Assembly (NCBI GenBank): GCA_039024555.1
Contig: JBCCQQ010000013.1
Span: forward strand, 32,001-96,000
Direction: 5' to 3'
Length of the DNA: 64,000 bases
Origin: Cyanobacteria bacterium P01_D01_bin.156
GTDB taxonomy: Bacteria; Cyanobacteriota; Cyanobacteriia; Phormidesmidales; Phormidesmidaceae
Made by a program: the position numbers and the translations under genes. Below the pieces are notes generated by a model, which was not told the origin of the DNA, searched no databases, and worked only from the letters and a program-made list of their open reading frames with translations. This document shows, one piece after another, positions 62,562-64,000 of this stretch (positions within the stretch are counted from its first letter, which is position 1; every line of letters begins with the position of its first letter).

Positions 62562-63349
62562 CTAGAAGAATGCCCCATGTATGGACCTAGGATAGACCGC
62601 ATTGCTCGATTCATTAACTGCAGTCCAAATAACAATAGAAATGCCGTATTGTGGATGACATAACGTCGCCATAATCGTCGCGGTTCCTGACATAGACGAT
62701 AGAGCCATTCTAAACCCCATGCCATCATCCATCGGGGCGCTTGAGAAACGCTACCACTGTGAAACGCAAAAGCAGCACCTACACCAACCATGACTGCGTT
62801 CGCTTGGCCCTGCTGGCGAGCCATCCATTCTTCCTGCTTTGGGCATCCCAAACCCACAAATACCACAGCAGCTCCTGATTGATTAATGGCTTCCACATCT
62901 GCGGCTTCTTCAGCTGGACTTAAATCCCGAAAAGGAGGTGCATAGGCACCTGCGATTTTTAGGGTAGGGAACTGTTTCTGGAGATTTTGTACCAGTGTCT
63001 GCACCATGATGTGGGTGCCACCATAAAAATAGACAGACAGCTGTTCTTGAGCAGCACGTTCACACCACGCCAGCATCAGGTCTGGACCGTACACTCGCGA
63101 TTGATGTTTGATACCTAATCGCCTTAATCCCCACACTAAAGGCATGCCATCCGGTGTGACCAAGGCTGCATGGTTCACAACGTTACGATAGTCAGGATTC
63201 CAGTAGGCGGTCATGACAACATGAACATTGGCCGCAACAATATAGCAAGATTCCTGAGTTTGAGCCCAATGGGAGATGCGATCGCAAGCATCTCCATAGC
63301 TCGTCGCATATATGTGAGTACCTAAAATCAGAACATGCCTCTTCTGCAT
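62558..63349 (-). CDS. WecB/TagA/CpsF family glycosyltransferase
   Basis: TPDGMPLVW, RVYGPDL, VFVGLGCPKQE, GVGAAF, GLEWLYRL.QEPRRLW.RY. Confidence 0.93.
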   Translation of the reverse strand: MQKRHVLILGTHIYATSYGDACDRISHWAQTQESCYIVAANVHVVMTAYWNPDYRNVVNHAALVTPDGMPLVWGLRRLGIKHQSRVYGPDLMLAWCERAAQEQLSVYFYGGTHIMVQTLVQNLQKQFPTLKIAGAYAPPFRDLSPAEEAADVEAINQSGAAVVFVGLGCPKQEEWMARQQGQANAVMVGVGAAFAFHSGSVSQAPRWMMAWGLEWLYRLCQEPRRLWRRYVIHNTAFLLLFGLQLMNRAMRSILGPYMGHSSS

Positions 63350-63382
63350 AATGTGGCTTACAAATATCACACACAACATAAT

Positions 63383-64000
63383 TTACTTTGTAGCGACAAA
63401 GCAAAATTGCCCACAAAACATAAGTTTTGCAAAATTTATCTGACTACTATTTTTATGCGTTAATCGCCCAACTAATTCAATGAATAAATTCAAGGGAGAT
63501 TCTTTTTCCCAACATCTTGAAAAAAAGGCCGGTCGGCCTAAGCCGGCTCTAATAATGAGTGTTAGCGCATCTATACTCGGTCTGACTTCCTGAAGATTCA
63601 TTCCAGCATCCGTCAATAAGCAGTGAAAACCATAGGGCGTATAATTCCAAGTACTAAATGAATGATACGGTTCAAGTTGCGATGTTGATCCAAGAAAATA
63701 ACCACCAGGCTTAAGGACTCTTACAACCTCTTTCAAAAGCATGCTTGGGTGCCTGACATGCTCTAGAACTTGTTGGCAAAAAATAATATCAAAGTAATTT
63801 TCATTAAAGGGGATGTTGATGCCATCAAAACATAAGAAAGTAGCATCTTGTCTTTCACGTCTATTAACTTCTGGTGAAGACTCTAAATCTAAACCAAACC
63901 ATTGAATATCAGGATCTATGTTTCGAAAAAAATCGATTGAATCACCTTCGCCACAGCCTAAATCTAAAACTATGTTCGACTTATCACCATAATTGCCTAA
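63383..64000 (-). CDS. Class I SAM-dependent methyltransferase (5' truncated by window edge)
   Basis: Frame open to base 64000; VLDLGCGEG, QVLEHV, LKPGG. Confidence 0.85.
   Translation of the reverse strand, partial: LGNYGDKSNIVLDLGCGEGDSIDFFRNIDPDIQWFGLDLESSPEVNRRERQDATFLCFDGINIPFNENYFDIIFCQQVLEHVRHPSMLLKEVVRVLKPGGYFLGSTSQLEPYHSFSTWNYTPYGFHCLLTDAGMNLQEVRPSIDALTLIIRAGLGRPAFFSRCWEKESPLNLFIELVGRLTHKNSSQINFAKLMFCGQFCFVATK

Overview
Cyanobacterial chromosome segment. HIP1 octamers (GCGATCGC), XisH/XisI, HmpF and Uma2 suggest a filamentous, Leptolyngbya-like organism; this assignment is inference. The left third (~0.5-22.5 kb) is accessory. It holds a three-enzyme cassette (heme-oxygenase-like diiron oxidase, SAM methyltransferase, TauD-like dioxygenase) divergent from an H-NOX/HNOBA-histidine kinase pair, a DOPA-dioxygenase-family gene, and a Rieske oxygenase-FIST-kinase-kinase operon. 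It also holds an HTH-NACHT (STAND) locus with NfeD-like, pentapeptide, antiporter and small-protein genes, decayed xisH/xisI, Uma2 and REP-like repeats. Intergenic DNA from 3.7 to 21 kb repeatedly carries a CGGTA(A/T)-type motif spaced about 10 bp apart, which suggests one regulator links these loci; the HTH-NACHT protein is the candidate. The rest is mostly core genes: argH, SpoIIE phosphatase, GDP-mannose pyrophosphorylase, ssb, lipB, hpf, the hmpF/hmpA-E (pilGHIJL-type) chemosensory cluster, glcD, a type IV pilin and a glycosylation cluster with two O-antigen-ligase/TPR paralogs. All calls come from motif recognition by eye; no searches were run.
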